Notes: generated from the letters alone by a model not told the origin. DNA of 63,505 nt, filler included, from Phoronis australis (GCA_002633005.1; 5 parts of 5 records of this genome joined end to end with filler, not necessarily neighbours in it), one strand, 5' to 3'. Positions 1-11,843 are shown, numbered from the whole stretch's first letter. Made by a program: numbers and translations.

Positions 1-3000
1 TGTTGGCTTTCAATAGAGATTTGCCCAGACTTTGTATGAGCGCACCAAGCCTAAAAGAATGGGGGGCTGGAATTTTTGGGAATGACTATCTTTTACTATA
101 AGATTCAGTGGGTATGTTCAGAGCTATGAAATGCAGACTCTAAATTTTGATACTTCCTGTCTTCTAGTGTAATATTGTCTCATTTTCTACTTTTTTCGGA
201 ATTCGTGCTTCTGTGACTGGGGCAGACCTTTTTCCAGTTCTCCAAAAAGGGGTCTCGTTCGAGCACATAAGTATGACAAGTCCAATACAACATGTTATCA
301 TTTTTTCTTCATTAACCCAAAATGATTCAAACTTTTAACATAATAAGTAACTTAAAATGCACAATACTTTACAACATTTAGCATTACAAATACTATTCAA
401 CAGCAACAGTTTCCATGATATGAAAGTGGACATACATGTAACTATTACCATGGTGACGGAATAGTGTTTCCTGACACCAGAATTTGACAAGCATCATTTA
501 AAAAAATATGAAGTTGCAAGGAACAAGAATTAGAGGCTTGAAGCTTCACAATCCAACATAGCTTATTTCTCAAATTAAGATTATTCATATTGTTGACTTG
601 ATAACCTGAATTAAGAAGCAATAAATAACAAAACATGACTTGAAAGCAATTGAGACTTAAAATTTAAAAAATATGAATCATTTTGTGACACCGAATCAAG
701 TCTTGAACAGCAGCTGACAGTCAAACAAAAAACCATTTCAAAATTATTTCAACTATTTTTTTAGCTTAGAGTAAGATCACCTGAATGGGAAATTTACAGT
801 AAAATAATTCGAATATATCTTATATTTTTGCACAAAAAATAAAAGGAAAATTGAACAAAATTTCTTTTTTGTAGCAACGTTTGTCAAAATGTATCAACAT
901 TAAATCTTCACAAATTACAAAGTAGCCGATTGAACATGCCTTTCAGTTCAGCAAAAGTCACCATGTTGTCGGTGCCGCCAGAAATGAGACGAAGTCCAAC
1001 GGGAATTGTGAGCACATTTATTACTTAATGAGTAACAACTGCGAGGCTGAAATTTGGTGAACACTGTTAAATCGTGCAGAATAGTAAGTAAAGATATGTC
1101 TAACTAAATTTCACCGTAATTTGTTGGCGAAAACAATTTCCACAAAGTTTTAAACTCGTAACTTATCCCGCAGTCCTCCAATATGGCCGACGCGATCCAA
1201 ACAAAGTGACCCAAATTTCGCCACAAAACTTGCAATAACTTTACACTGCTTGCCCCGATTTTGATACTTTTTCGATTTTTACTGAGTAGAATATACTACA
1301 TTTCCGATGATACCAAAGTACTTTTTCAAAACGAGAAGAAAAAAATAAAACCGAAAAAAATTGGTTCGACCCATATTGGTTCTTAGGTTCGACCGGCCTA
1401 CGTAAGGAACTAAACACCAATGCTATTTTAAAATACTAAATACGCGTAACATTCCAAAAATCATCAACGACCACTAACTACAAACTATAAATACACTACA
1501 TATGCAAACGAATCACGAGAGATTGCTAATAAAACAAAATAATGAAGACTTTTCGAGCAAGCGATAGCACATTCAGTTACAAGGAAAAAATGGCGGCTTT
1601 CAGGACAAGTTCTTGAACTGATGAGCCGGAAATGTGGGTACGGAAATAACCGATGACAACCGGTAATCATACGCTCAGAGAGAAGGGTCAAATACTGTTC
1701 AAAAATCGCTTTTGGCAAGAAAGGCGAAAAGAATATAAAGAAAAGGTGTCGAAAATAAGATTTTATGTAGTAAGTATTTTCGGATACTGGAAACACATGG
1801 GCAGTTTGAGAGAAGGACTTTAAGAAAAGCCACTGCTGAGCAGAAATTGGGTCAAGGGGTCAACAGCTGAAAATCTTTCATTCAGAACAGATTCAAAAAT
1901 CAAGCAAACGCTATTCGTAGCCTTCACATGCAGCACAGAACTTGAAATGCCAACTAACCCAGCAGGCGCCAGTTTTTAATGAAACTGAGGGTCGGAGCTA
2001 AATTCAATCGTGGCTCAAAAGATCTCTTGAGCGCCACCATGAGTCCGGTCTATACCATGTTGTTGTTCTGCAACAGCCGTGAGCCGGGTGGTATCGAAAG
2101 AGTTGAATATTGCCTGAGACGAGTATTGAGCTAATGTTCAACTGATTACATTTGCGATCGCAAGATATGGAACTGAAAGTTATACAGTTTATATTCAAGC
2201 AAATTAACTTCTGAAATATCACTTGAAGGACTTACTTAACTGACGGAAAACCATCATTGTTCATTGACAAATGTTTTGAATGATTTTCAACTCTCAGACG
2301 GAGCCAGAACGTTTCCAAAAGGCCTTGATGCCCGATGGTCGCAAAACGTATGATGTTTGTAATGTGTTCATTTTACGGAGAACACCACAACCTACTTTTT
2401 AAACTTGGATATTACAGTAACAGAAAATAAGTACCAGACACGGAACATCTAGTCGAAAAATGGTAATTATGGGGTGCAAATTAAGTTTTACTCATTCACC
2501 TAAAAATCAATTTACTTAATTTACATTTCTATCAATTTTAATTTTGAAAATAACGAAAGGATAGTATACAGCATACTACTCGAGTACGAGGGCTCATGAA
2601 CATAAATTGTGTAATGAATTCACTGGAACGTTGTGACTCAAACGACTATCGGCCAGAAGTTCCGCATACAGGCACACCCATGGGCTGTGCTCGGATATTT
2701 TTCAGAAATTTCCGGAATGTAAACTCATGGGCCTGCTTTCTGTGTCACAAGTAAAGTTACCAAAGTTTCCCAAAATGAAATGTGACGTGTTTGTCAATGA
2801 GTGTCAGAAGGGTTTACAGGTCTATTTCATCATGCTTTTCGCTTATTGAACTGTCAATTTATGACAAATAGTCACCCGACCCACAACAAATTGCAGCAAA
2901 ATGAACGGTTCCGTAAACTATACGAATGAATTGCAATTTCGTGTCTATTACCCGGTTCAAATGCTGGCGAAAACGCCAGCGTTTCGCAAGCAGTTTTGCT

Positions 3001-3476
3001 ACGGAGCAGCAAAAATGCCATGTGAACAATAGAAAGGGCCACTTTTGCTGGCGCTTTGCTGGAGGTTTGAGTTACCCCTAGTAAACTACTAGCGCTTTCG
3101 CTAGCACGTTTATAATCAGGCTGTCTACGTCAAAGGACGCACGTAACGCAGTGGTAAGAGGCCTTTGTTCCATTTCGTCACATCAATCAATTTATGGCAG
3201 AGTGAATTTTTTATTTCAATTTCGCTGAAAAGCGCCTCGAGGGGTGAGGAAACAAACTAATTAATGATGAAAGACCCCTTCATGGACAACTCGTCTGCGA
3301 ACCTAGTAAACTTCTCAGTAGTTTGAACGTGAAATGAAATCATAATAGACCACATAAACGTAAAACTGAGCAGCTGTCTTTCTTACTTATTCAAAATCCG
3401 TATAGGTGCGTAGAGTCGAGAGCAATTTTCTGTTTACTAACAAGTACAACAACCGGAGTGTCACACAAAACTTCTT

Positions 3477-3482
3477 TTTATT
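3477..3482 (-). terminator. Putative polyadenylation signal (AATAAA) of the VDE-like gene
   Basis: AATAAA on the minus strand ~155 nt after the stop codon. Confidence 0.45.
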
Positions 3483-3635
3483 TATGCTTGGATGCATGGC
3501 AGCATTGGCGTGACTTTTGAACAGCTACATGTCAACAACGATAGATTATGTAAAATTGACCACTCTTCCGTGGAAAGTATTCATCTCAAGAATGTTTTCA
3601 AGCCTCACAAGTGGTCAGTAAGTGTTCATGATTTC

Positions 3636-3774
3636 TTATTCATCAATCTCTTGCTTGGGCTGACAGAAGTCCTTCTCGAGATCCCAACCTCTCTTTGTTG
3701 CTTCCTTTATGGCGGCCTGTTTATCGGCCTCCGAGATTGTCGGTGTGCGCGAGAGTACATAAGCACCTTCATAC
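3636..3774 (-). CDS. VDE-like lipocalin, exon 4 (terminal)
   Basis: ttacag|G, then YEGAYVLSRTPTISEADKQAAIKEATKRGWDLEKDFCQPKQEIDE* (cf. VDE YGGAVVYTRS). The spliced CDS is 792 nt = 263 aa with no internal stop. Confidence 0.87.
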
Positions 3775-4056
3775 CTGTAAGGCGAACACCTGTTAAAGAT
3801 GGCTTACAAGACAGGTGTGGGCCACATTGACAAAAAGTGGGACAACACAAGTTGATACATGTAAGTGCAAGGTGCACCTAACATGGGTTTACAATTCACA
3901 GACTGGGTAGGAAGAACTGAATTCTGATTTCCTATTAATGCACGGCAACATCGAACAGCATTCGAAATTCTATATCAAGTGTTGATCCCATGACTGATTA
4001 AATCAATAAAATGCATAAAGTTAATCACAATGCAAAACGGAAATAGAAGTGCTCAC

Positions 4057-4205
4057 GTGATGCCAACTGCTGCTCCGCAATAGTACAAGAAGACGTAGTT
4101 GTCCCCAAAGGACATTACTCTATACTCATCGTGTCTAATCCATCCGGATCCGACGGTGTGCAAGTTGATTACGGATGGAGAGTCGGTACCAGCATTAGAA
4201 TATTC
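4057..4205 (-). CDS. VDE-like lipocalin, exon 3
   Basis: ttcag|GAA...AC|gtgagc, 149 nt, phase 0 to 2. WIRHDEYRVMSFGDNYVFLYYCG resembles VDE HYQDDWYIL...DYIFVYYRG. Confidence 0.87.
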
Positions 4206-4386
4206 CTGAATGGATAATTACCGATTGCTTCCAATTAACTATTACAATTTTGCAATGATTCACAAATTGGCTGTGGACATGTGTGATTGTTGTATGACAA
4301 CAACTAGATCGACACTATTCAACGATAACAACGTGACGAGTGATAATGAAGCCTCAAACTGTTTTTTGAACGAGTACCCTTCTGCG

Positions 4387-4816
4387 CGTTGAAATGTGCT
4401 TAATAAAAGGGTAATTTTGCTTAATGAACACCTTGTTTTGCTTAATCAGCTCGATGAATTAGTATTTTAACGATCATTGCTCTGCTCTTATTCAACGCAC
4501 ACTTTCAGAGCTTAATCAACGCGTAGTTTTATTTAATTAACGCGCTCTATTGCTTATTCACAGCGTTCTTTTAATCAGTTCATATAGCCCAATCACGCCC
4601 GTGCTCTCAAATTTCAAAATGGCGGAAGTCTTTCACAAGGGTAATGCCTTCCTGGTGCAAGGCAACTTTTGAAGAATGTTGCAGATTCTTATTAAGTGAC
4701 CACATAAATGATGGTGCCGTTACGAATTGAATGTAAACTTGTCATTGGACACAATAAATAAGTAATTCAGCGCGTTGATTAAGTAAAACTACGCGTTGAT
4801 TAAGGACATTTCAACG
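4387..4816. mobile_element. Foldback/MITE-like element in intron 2 of the VDE-like gene
   Basis: Inverted termini cgttgaaatgtgcttaat / attaaggacatttcaacg. Internal ttaatcaacgcg sub-repeats are mirrored in the two arms. Confidence 0.5.
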
Positions 4817-5208
4817 TCACAACGTCCACTATCAGAAAAAAAAAACAACAAGAACACGGACAACGACATGGTCAACTTTGCAACTTTCTTTACTTATTAA
4901 TCTATCAATTTTAATTTACCATATTACGATACTTTCAAAAATAAAATCGTAATGAACAGAAAATAGACGAAAGCAAAACTTCAAATGAATGTGACTTGAG
5001 TGTATAAATAGAACGTTGGTAATTTAATTAGATTTCGTATTAAAACATAATTGAAGATGTGTAATTGGACAATAAGAATTGTTTACAAAACATCCCAAAT
5101 CCACGTCATACTCGTATCGCCGGCGTCATAGTCGTCGTTGTCGTCATCATTCACACCAACAGGTGATCAATAAATGATAGCCAATCATAGCACGACCGTG
5201 TCACTTAC

Positions 5209-5465
5209 CACGTCGTCCGCAAAGTGGCGCTTGGTTCCGTTAAGCATGGGGAGATCGTACCATTCAACTGCGACCAGGGTGTTGGCATCTTTTCGCACGA
5301 ACGTATGGTGGGTGTGGTCGTCGCACTCGTACAGTCTGTTTAAGCCGAAGATATTATAGAACTTTCCAGTCAGATATTTCAAATCGAAGTTCGGTTGCAG
5401 AGAATCAATAGGTGGCTTCGTGCACTTCGTTGGTCCACTATTGGGCGGTTGGTAGCACTGGCCAC
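5209..5465 (-). CDS. VDE-like lipocalin, exon 2
   Basis: tctccag|GT...GTG|gtaagt, 257 nt, phase 1 to 0. GQCYQPP...PNFDLKYLTGKFYNIFGLNRLYECDDHTHHTF resembles VDE [31 protein letters not shown]. Confidence 0.87.
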
Positions 5466-5604
5466 CTGGAGACAGAATTAGAAATTACAAAGAGCAATTA
5501 TAGATATACGATCAAAACAAAGAAAACATTTAATCTGGTTATATTCTCCGGCGTTGAGACGATTCAGTTGTTGACGAAGTACACTGAGCAGATATAGTCG
5601 TTTT

Positions 5605-5852
5605 GAGGGCGCAAGGGATCCGGAAACTTGGGTAGGTCGAACGAGCCCTCCATTTGGCGAAGTGGACAAAAAGGTCCACCTTAGACAAACAAGATGTCCT
5701 TGAAAGTAGAAAACAAGAAAAAAATCCACTAATAAGACAGGAGCTGCCAAAATTCGCACTATTAATAGCTTTGAGCATAACTTGGGAATCTTTGTAAAGA
5801 TCGACATTCTCAAAAATTCGAGCTCCCATTTTTAGGCTGGGTGCGCGCATGA
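5605..5852. mobile_element. MITE, same family as 22050-22299, in intron 1 of the VDE-like gene
   Basis: Shares ggcgaagtggacaaaaaggtc and the terminus ggctgggtgcgcgcatg with the 22050 copy. Left terminus is degraded. Confidence 0.65.
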
Positions 5853-6013
5853 CGAGGTACATGTATCCGCCGTGTTCGAACAAACAAAAGGTAATAAAAC
5901 ACAAACTAGTTATGTCGCAGCCAATAACTAAAGTAAGACGGAATTCGAAAACATCATTTTTGGCCTAATCTGTGAAATGAGGCATAAAAAATATCTTTTC
6001 TGTTTTTACTCAC

Positions 6014-6260
6014 GTGAAAAGCCGCAGTTGATCATGTCGCTCAAGGCGGTGCTATAGAATGTAGCATAACAGCCAAATATGACAGTCATGTTACCCTTGG
6101 CCTGCTCAATGCAGGACAGGCCAGTGAAGCAAGAGGCGTCGTCTTTGCACGCCAACAACTCGTCTGGACATATGGACACGAGACACTCAGACATCTTTTC
6201 CACGTTTAAACAGACGACAACCGAAATGCACGAGATGCCAATGATCAGCAAACGCGTCAT
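6014..6260 (-). CDS. VDE-like (violaxanthin de-epoxidase family) lipocalin, exon 1 of 4: signal peptide + Cys-rich N-domain
   Basis: ATG at 6260. MTRLLIIGISCISVVVC is a hydrophobic signal, followed by CLVSICPDELLACKDDASCFTGLSC...CYATFYSTALSDMINCGFS. Ends C|gtgagt (phase 1). Cys spacing x4,x6,x5,x5...x14 matches the plant VDE N-domain as recalled. Confidence 0.85.
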
Positions 6261-6680
6261 TCTGTACCAAACTCGAGTGATTACTAAGATTTCACTCAAT
6301 AAGAATCCCGTTATAAGTCGTTGTGCACGAATTAATTACCGTGTACGTAAACAAACGTAAGTCCCACGTGTTATTGTAAGCTGTGCCAGCATACACAACC
6401 AAGGGCAATGCTGGATTTAAAGAAATAAATAGTCGGCATTTATTGTGACAACGCCCGCACTTTGTGCTCCATGATAATAGGGCGCACACCGTTCATGCAA
6501 TACACCCTAACATCCTTTGCGTAAAACACATGAACGTGGACTTACTTCAACAAGGAAACTGTCAGAAGGTCTTAATAATCGAGACTTTGCTTCGTGTTGT
6601 GCTATAATTGAAAATCCAGTGTTCGTTCAAATGTGTAAAATGAAAAACCGAAAGCTCGACTTTTTGTTTGAATCCGATTT

Positions 6681-6992
6681 TCAATTGTTTGTTTTCTTTA
6701 CTGGAACTTGAAACAGCGGATGATACTGTAATTCACGTTCATTGTCGAATATCGTCGTTGTGAAACATTGACCCGCCTTAATCACGAAATTCTCCCTGGT
6801 GCCCAGTCTGGTATATGTAGTAGATAATAATCTAGTTGGTTCTAGTCCGCCATGACGCAAGAGCTGTCCGAAAATATGCGTAAACACGTACACAACAACC
6901 AGTGACGTGGCCAGGATTATAGCAACCCTGGCAGGAAGAAAACGGTACGATCTCCAGTCGCCAGCGATTTCGGGCCGTCCTCCTTCCGCCAT
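6681..6992 (-). CDS. Hypothetical small single-TM protein, or first exon of an unknown gene
   Basis: gacgccATGG Kozak context, TATAAAA ~55 nt upstream, and a hydrophobic stretch VAIILATSLVVVYVFTHIF. No family recognised. Confidence 0.3.
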   Translation of the reverse strand: MAEGGRPEIAGDWRSYRFLPARVAIILATSLVVVYVFTHIFGQLLRHGGLEPTRLLSTTYTRLGTRENFVIKAGQCFTTTIFDNERELQYHPLFQVPVKKTNN

Positions 6993-7199
6993 GGCGTCAA
7001 CAGTTTTGTAACTCGCCTCCTCTCTCCCAGCTGCAAGTGATTTTTTTATAAATTTGTCATAATTGATAAACAAGTACAAAAAACAAGCAAGTACTCCGAT
7101 TCAGACACGCATGCACACCTCGGGAAAGACCGTTCTTGTATCTCGTATAAAGTAAGCAACTGCTACATGGAGTTTTATTGAACAATAAAATTTTCCCAT

Positions 7200-8440
7200 T
7201 TCCCAGGAAAGCTGTCATACACAAAATTTGTTATATGCAATTAACTTCCAGCATTTTAGTACTTATGAGTAAATGTAACAAACTTGTGAATATTAGGTAT
7301 ACTTTTGTGACATACCTCCTTGTAAATGTACTGTTTGGCTAGTAATACTGAGCAAAATTTTAAGTAGAAAATCATGTGTCTCACAAAGTCCAAGAATAAC
7401 ACGCTTGTAAGAGAAACAGTTGGTAAGCTGAACGAGACACTTTTGAAGTAGTTTTCTGAATTCATTCCAAAAACCTTTTACAGGGCGACATTTCCAAAAA
7501 AGGTGTGACATCGTCTCTAGAGCTTTATTACAAAAAGAAAATAAATCAGAATCTCGAACTTGGATTTTGAATAAAAAAGTATTTGTCGCAGTACTCCGAT
7601 GTAATATTCTAAATTGGAACCATCCAATGTTAGGATCCTTTGTAATTTCACAAGGCTATGCGTATATTTTCTTCCAATCTAAATTATCTCCTCATTCCAT
7701 TTCCCATATACACTCTGACTTCGAAGATTAAAGATAGAACAAATATGTCACTCTATAACCGTTCACATCCTTTCGTAAGTGGGTAATTGCTAAAGGCAAG
7801 AGAGAAGAATAGATATTAACACTTTTGAATTTAATTGAAGATAGACTTTTTTGAAACCTTCTTAGAACAGAAACAACACCGTTATATTCAACAATGTTGG
7901 ATTTCACATCGAACCCCTTTGTCATATGATCTAAACTAACAAATTCTCCATCAGAGGTATACATATCTCTGATAAAAATAAAGCCTTTTACAAACCAAGA
8001 TTCACAGAAAACACTTCTGTCTCTGATCTCCAAGTTACTTTTAAAGCACAAAGATTGATTCAAAAAGTCTTTTTACTCACAATAATTATTTTGTCATAGT
8101 CATACTTCCAAATACGTCGCGTCAATAGGAATTATCAGTAAGAGTCACTTCCGACTTAATAAAATGTTCTCCAAATGAAGCAAAATTATTCAAAAACGGG
8201 TAGAGTAAGTCTAGTGTCTGATCACTTTTAGACGCCTGGCATTCAGGATATCTGCTGGCCAAGGCGAGTTTTAAAGCTTTGCTGAGTATATTAACCATTT
8301 GAAGTCACCCTTGATCTTGTCCTAAACAGACCGTAGTTCATTTAATTTTATCATTACGAGCTTCCCATAGAATATCGCATTCAGTTCACCAAAGACTTCA
8401 GCTGGTGGATTTCGTAAATTTGACAACAAAAATTAAGAAG
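7200..8440 (-). mobile_element. Degenerate L1/Tx1-type LINE ORF2, C-terminal part (zf-RVT-like)
   Basis: Fragments FQFRILHR..TNTFLFKI..FCNKALETMSHLFWKC..VKGFW and WFVKGFIFIRD, broken by stops and frameshifts. Confidence 0.75.
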
Positions 8441-8449
8441 GTGGATGGA

Positions 8450-8927
8450 AGTATTTTACAACAATATTAAGTCCTGTGTTGTAGTAAATGGTCACCCATC
8501 TTCCTGGTTCAATATTTCGCGTGGCTTCAGACATGGTGACCCTTTGTCTCTTTACATTTTTTGTGCGCGGATATTTTGGCGTATTTAATCAAGAGCAATA
8601 AAAATATTGCAGGTGTAGTTGCAGGAAATAAGGGATATTTGATTTCGCAATATGCGGACGACACATCAATTACGTTGGATGGGACGACTTTGACATTAAC
8701 TAGCAGATTGAATGCACAAAGTACTACATTTCTTTGCTAGTGTCTCCGGCCTCCAAATGAATGTGGATAAAACGAAAACCATATGGTTTGGAAACAAAAC
8801 TGGTAGTGATGACGTGATTCCTTCAAAAGAAAGACTGTTTTGGACAAAAAAAATCTTTTAGATTTTGGGGGTGGATTTTGAAAATCAGTTGGATACTATG
8901 ACCCATAACAACTTCACTGCAAGAATT
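8450..8927 (+). mobile_element. Degenerate L1/Tx1 RT core, inverted relative to the adjacent 3' part
   Basis: VNGHPSSWFNISRGFRHGDPLS and ISQYADDTS are RT motifs. Confidence 0.8.
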
Positions 8928-10929
8928 ACCCTAACCCTAACCCTAACCCTGACCCTAACCCTAACCCTAAAAATACCACTAACTCTAACCTTAAACCTAA
9001 CCCTAACCCTAACTCAAACTCTAGGCTATCCCTCACAATAACAGTAAACCTTACGCAAGGCCAACCCTAACAAGAGCCCTAACAGTTAGCCTAATCCTTC
9101 CCCAACCCTAAAACTAACCATACCTAACCTTACCCCAACCCTAACCTAACAGTAACCCTAACTCTAACCCTAACTATAACCCTAACCGTAACCCATCCCT
9201 AACATTACCTTAGCCCTAACCCTAATAAAAAACCTAAATCTAAGCCTAAATCACACACACTAAACTTAACCCTTGCTTTAGACTTATCCCTAACACATGC
9301 CTAACCATAACCCTGGCCCAAGCACTAACGTAACCCTAACCCCAACCCTAACCTCAAGACAGACCATAACCCTAATTCTAACATTAACTTTTACCGTAAC
9401 TCGAGCCTAACAACAACCCTAATCTAAACCAAACCCAGCATCAGCCCGAGCCCCAGCCGTAGTACCAACCTCTATTCCAACCCCAACCCTAATCCTAAAC
9501 CTAACCCTATCCATCAACATAACCTATCTGTAAACCTAACCCTAAACCTAAACCTAACCCTAAACCTATAATTAAACCTAAACCTAATCATAACACTAAA
9601 CCTAACCTTAACCCTAACGTTACTCCAACCCCAATTCCGACCCCGAACCTAAACCCAAACTCAACAACAGCCTAACCTCAAACCCAAACCCAAACCCAAC
9701 CCATACCCCAACCTCAACTCCAACCCCTACTCCTAACCAACCCCAATCCCAACCTTAACCCTAAAATTAACCTAACTTTAAATATAATCATGACCTTGAA
9801 TCTAACCCAACCATATATAACCCTAACCCTAACACTCACCACTACCCTCACCTTCGCCTTCACAACCACCCTCATCTGCAAACTAACCCTAACCCTAACC
9901 TTAACCCTAACCCTAACCCTAAAATTAACCCAAGATCTAAACCTAACCCTAACCCNNNNNNNNNNNNNNNNNNNNNNNNNNNNNNNNNNNNNNNNNNNNN
10001 NNNNNNNNNNNNNNNNNNNNNNNNNNNNNNNNNNNNNNNNNNNNNNNNNNNNNNNNNNNNNNNNNNNNNNNNNNNNNNNNNNNNNNNNNNNNNNNNNNNN
10101 NNNNNNNNNNNNNNNNNNNNNNNTAACCCTAACCCTAACCCTAACACTAAACTTAACCTAAGAGCTAACCCTAACCCTAACAATAAACCTAACCCTAACC
10201 CTAACCCTAACCCCAACCCTAACCCTAAACTTAACTCAAGAGCTAACCGTAACCCTATCCCTAATCCTAACCCTAACCCTAAATCTAACCCTAACCCTAA
10301 CCTAAACTTAACCCAAGACCTAACCCCAACCCTAACCCTTACATAACCCTAACCCTTACCTAACCCTAACTCTAACCCTAAACTTGAGCTTAGCCCTAAC
10401 ATTATCCCTAGCCTTATCTTAGACCTACCCCTAGCCCTAGCCCTTACCCTAACCCTAACCTTATACCTAAACCTAGACTTCAGCCTAACCCTAACCCTGG
10501 CCCAAACACTAACCCTAACCTTAACCCTAAAATAAACCTAATCCTAACCTTAACCCTAAAATAAACCTAATCCTAACCCTTACCCTGAACCTATTCCTAA
10601 TCCTCAACCCTAACCTTATCCCTAACCCTAACCACAACCCTAACCTAACCCTAACGCTATTCTAACGCTAACCCCATCCCTGATCTTAGCCCTATCCCTT
10701 ACCCTCACTATATCCCTAACATTAACTACAACCCTAACCCTAATCTTAACTATAATCCTAACCCTAAACGCAAGCCAAACCGTAACCCAAACCCTAATCC
10801 TATTCTCAACTCTATCTGTAATCATTTTCTCAACCCTAACCCTACACCTAACCCTAACCCAAACGCTAACGCTAATCCTAACCGTAACCCTAAATCTAGC
10901 CTTAAGACCAACCCCAACCCCCAACCCCA
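8928..10929 (+). repeat. Degenerate (CCCTAA)n / (TTAGGG)n interstitial telomere-like array
   Basis: About 2 kb of perfect and variant CCCTAA units, with an N gap at 9956-10123. Confidence 0.9.
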
Positions 10930-11299
10930 TCGGCTAGTTTGGTTGCATTTCATGTATTCCAAAGAAAATGTCAACCCCCGAACGATCACAGGAATAATTT
11001 TAGAATAACATAACCATTGGTCTGGTATGACCGGTGACACCACCGCGGTCACTGGCACATGGGCTCAAATCTACATGTATGAGCCAAGTTGTAGAATCTG
11101 TGGGTATCGGCATAATTTTAATGAGCCAATTGGCCCAAGTTAAGCAACACCATTGCGTCAATGGAAACTTCTATGCGCCAATGATGCGGGCGCGCCTTAA
11201 AAATATCCGTCAATGGATCAATTTTTGAGTCTTAGTTTTTTTAATTGACACCAAGACGGTGTTGTCTCTACCTCAGACAGAGTACGACTGGACTTCTGC

Positions 11300-11550
11300 A
11301 GCCGATTTCATAAAGGGGGTTTAAAGTTAAACCTGGTTTGAACTAGACTTAGAACAGGTTTTAAGATCATCTGTATTTCATAAAGGTGGTTTAACTTTTA
11401 GAAAAGTGGTCTAGTGAAACCTGGCTTAACTCCAGTTTAGACATGGTCTAAGTCAACTTTCATTTCACCAACGAGGTCTATATTCTTTAGACCTGTATTA
11501 AGATCTTAAACCAAGTTTAACTTGAGACATGGTCAGACCCAGGTTTAACT
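11300..11550. repeat. Short repeat with internal direct and inverted aaacctggtt / ttcataaag modules (MITE-like)
   Basis: atttcataaagg..gttta occurs twice; aaacctggtt and ccaggtttaa occur as inverted motifs. Confidence 0.35.
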
Positions 11551-11688
11551 GTTTTAACAATATATGTCAGACTTGCATCATATTGGTGCAACTGAATAAT
11601 GCCGCGGTTTGCATTTGGGACGCAGTTTTACAGCGAAAATGGACTATTTTTAATATTCAGTTTTACGAGGACACAAGATCAAACGTAG

Positions 11689-11843
11689 CAGCGGCGAATC
11701 CACGATTTTTAAGGGGAAGGGGGGGTCGGTCAAGCATTTCTTAAAAGGGGGAACCAAGTAAGAAATTTCAAAAAATATAGAATTGATATCACTAAAATCA
11801 AGGGAAAAGGGAACCAGACGCCTTGACCACCTTGGATCCGCCC
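11689..11843. mobile_element. Short ggcggatcc-type MITE truncating the LINE ORF1
   Basis: Termini cagcggcgaatcc / ggatccgccc with G-rich internal runs; similar in style to 50810-50963. Confidence 0.5.

Noticed and set aside
3492-3830. 112-aa plus-strand ORF
   Set aside because: Antisense shadow of VDE-like exon 4 and its 3'UTR.
9790-10930. LTLT/LGLG/VRVR ORFs
   Set aside because: Translations of (CCCTAA)n and the N gap.
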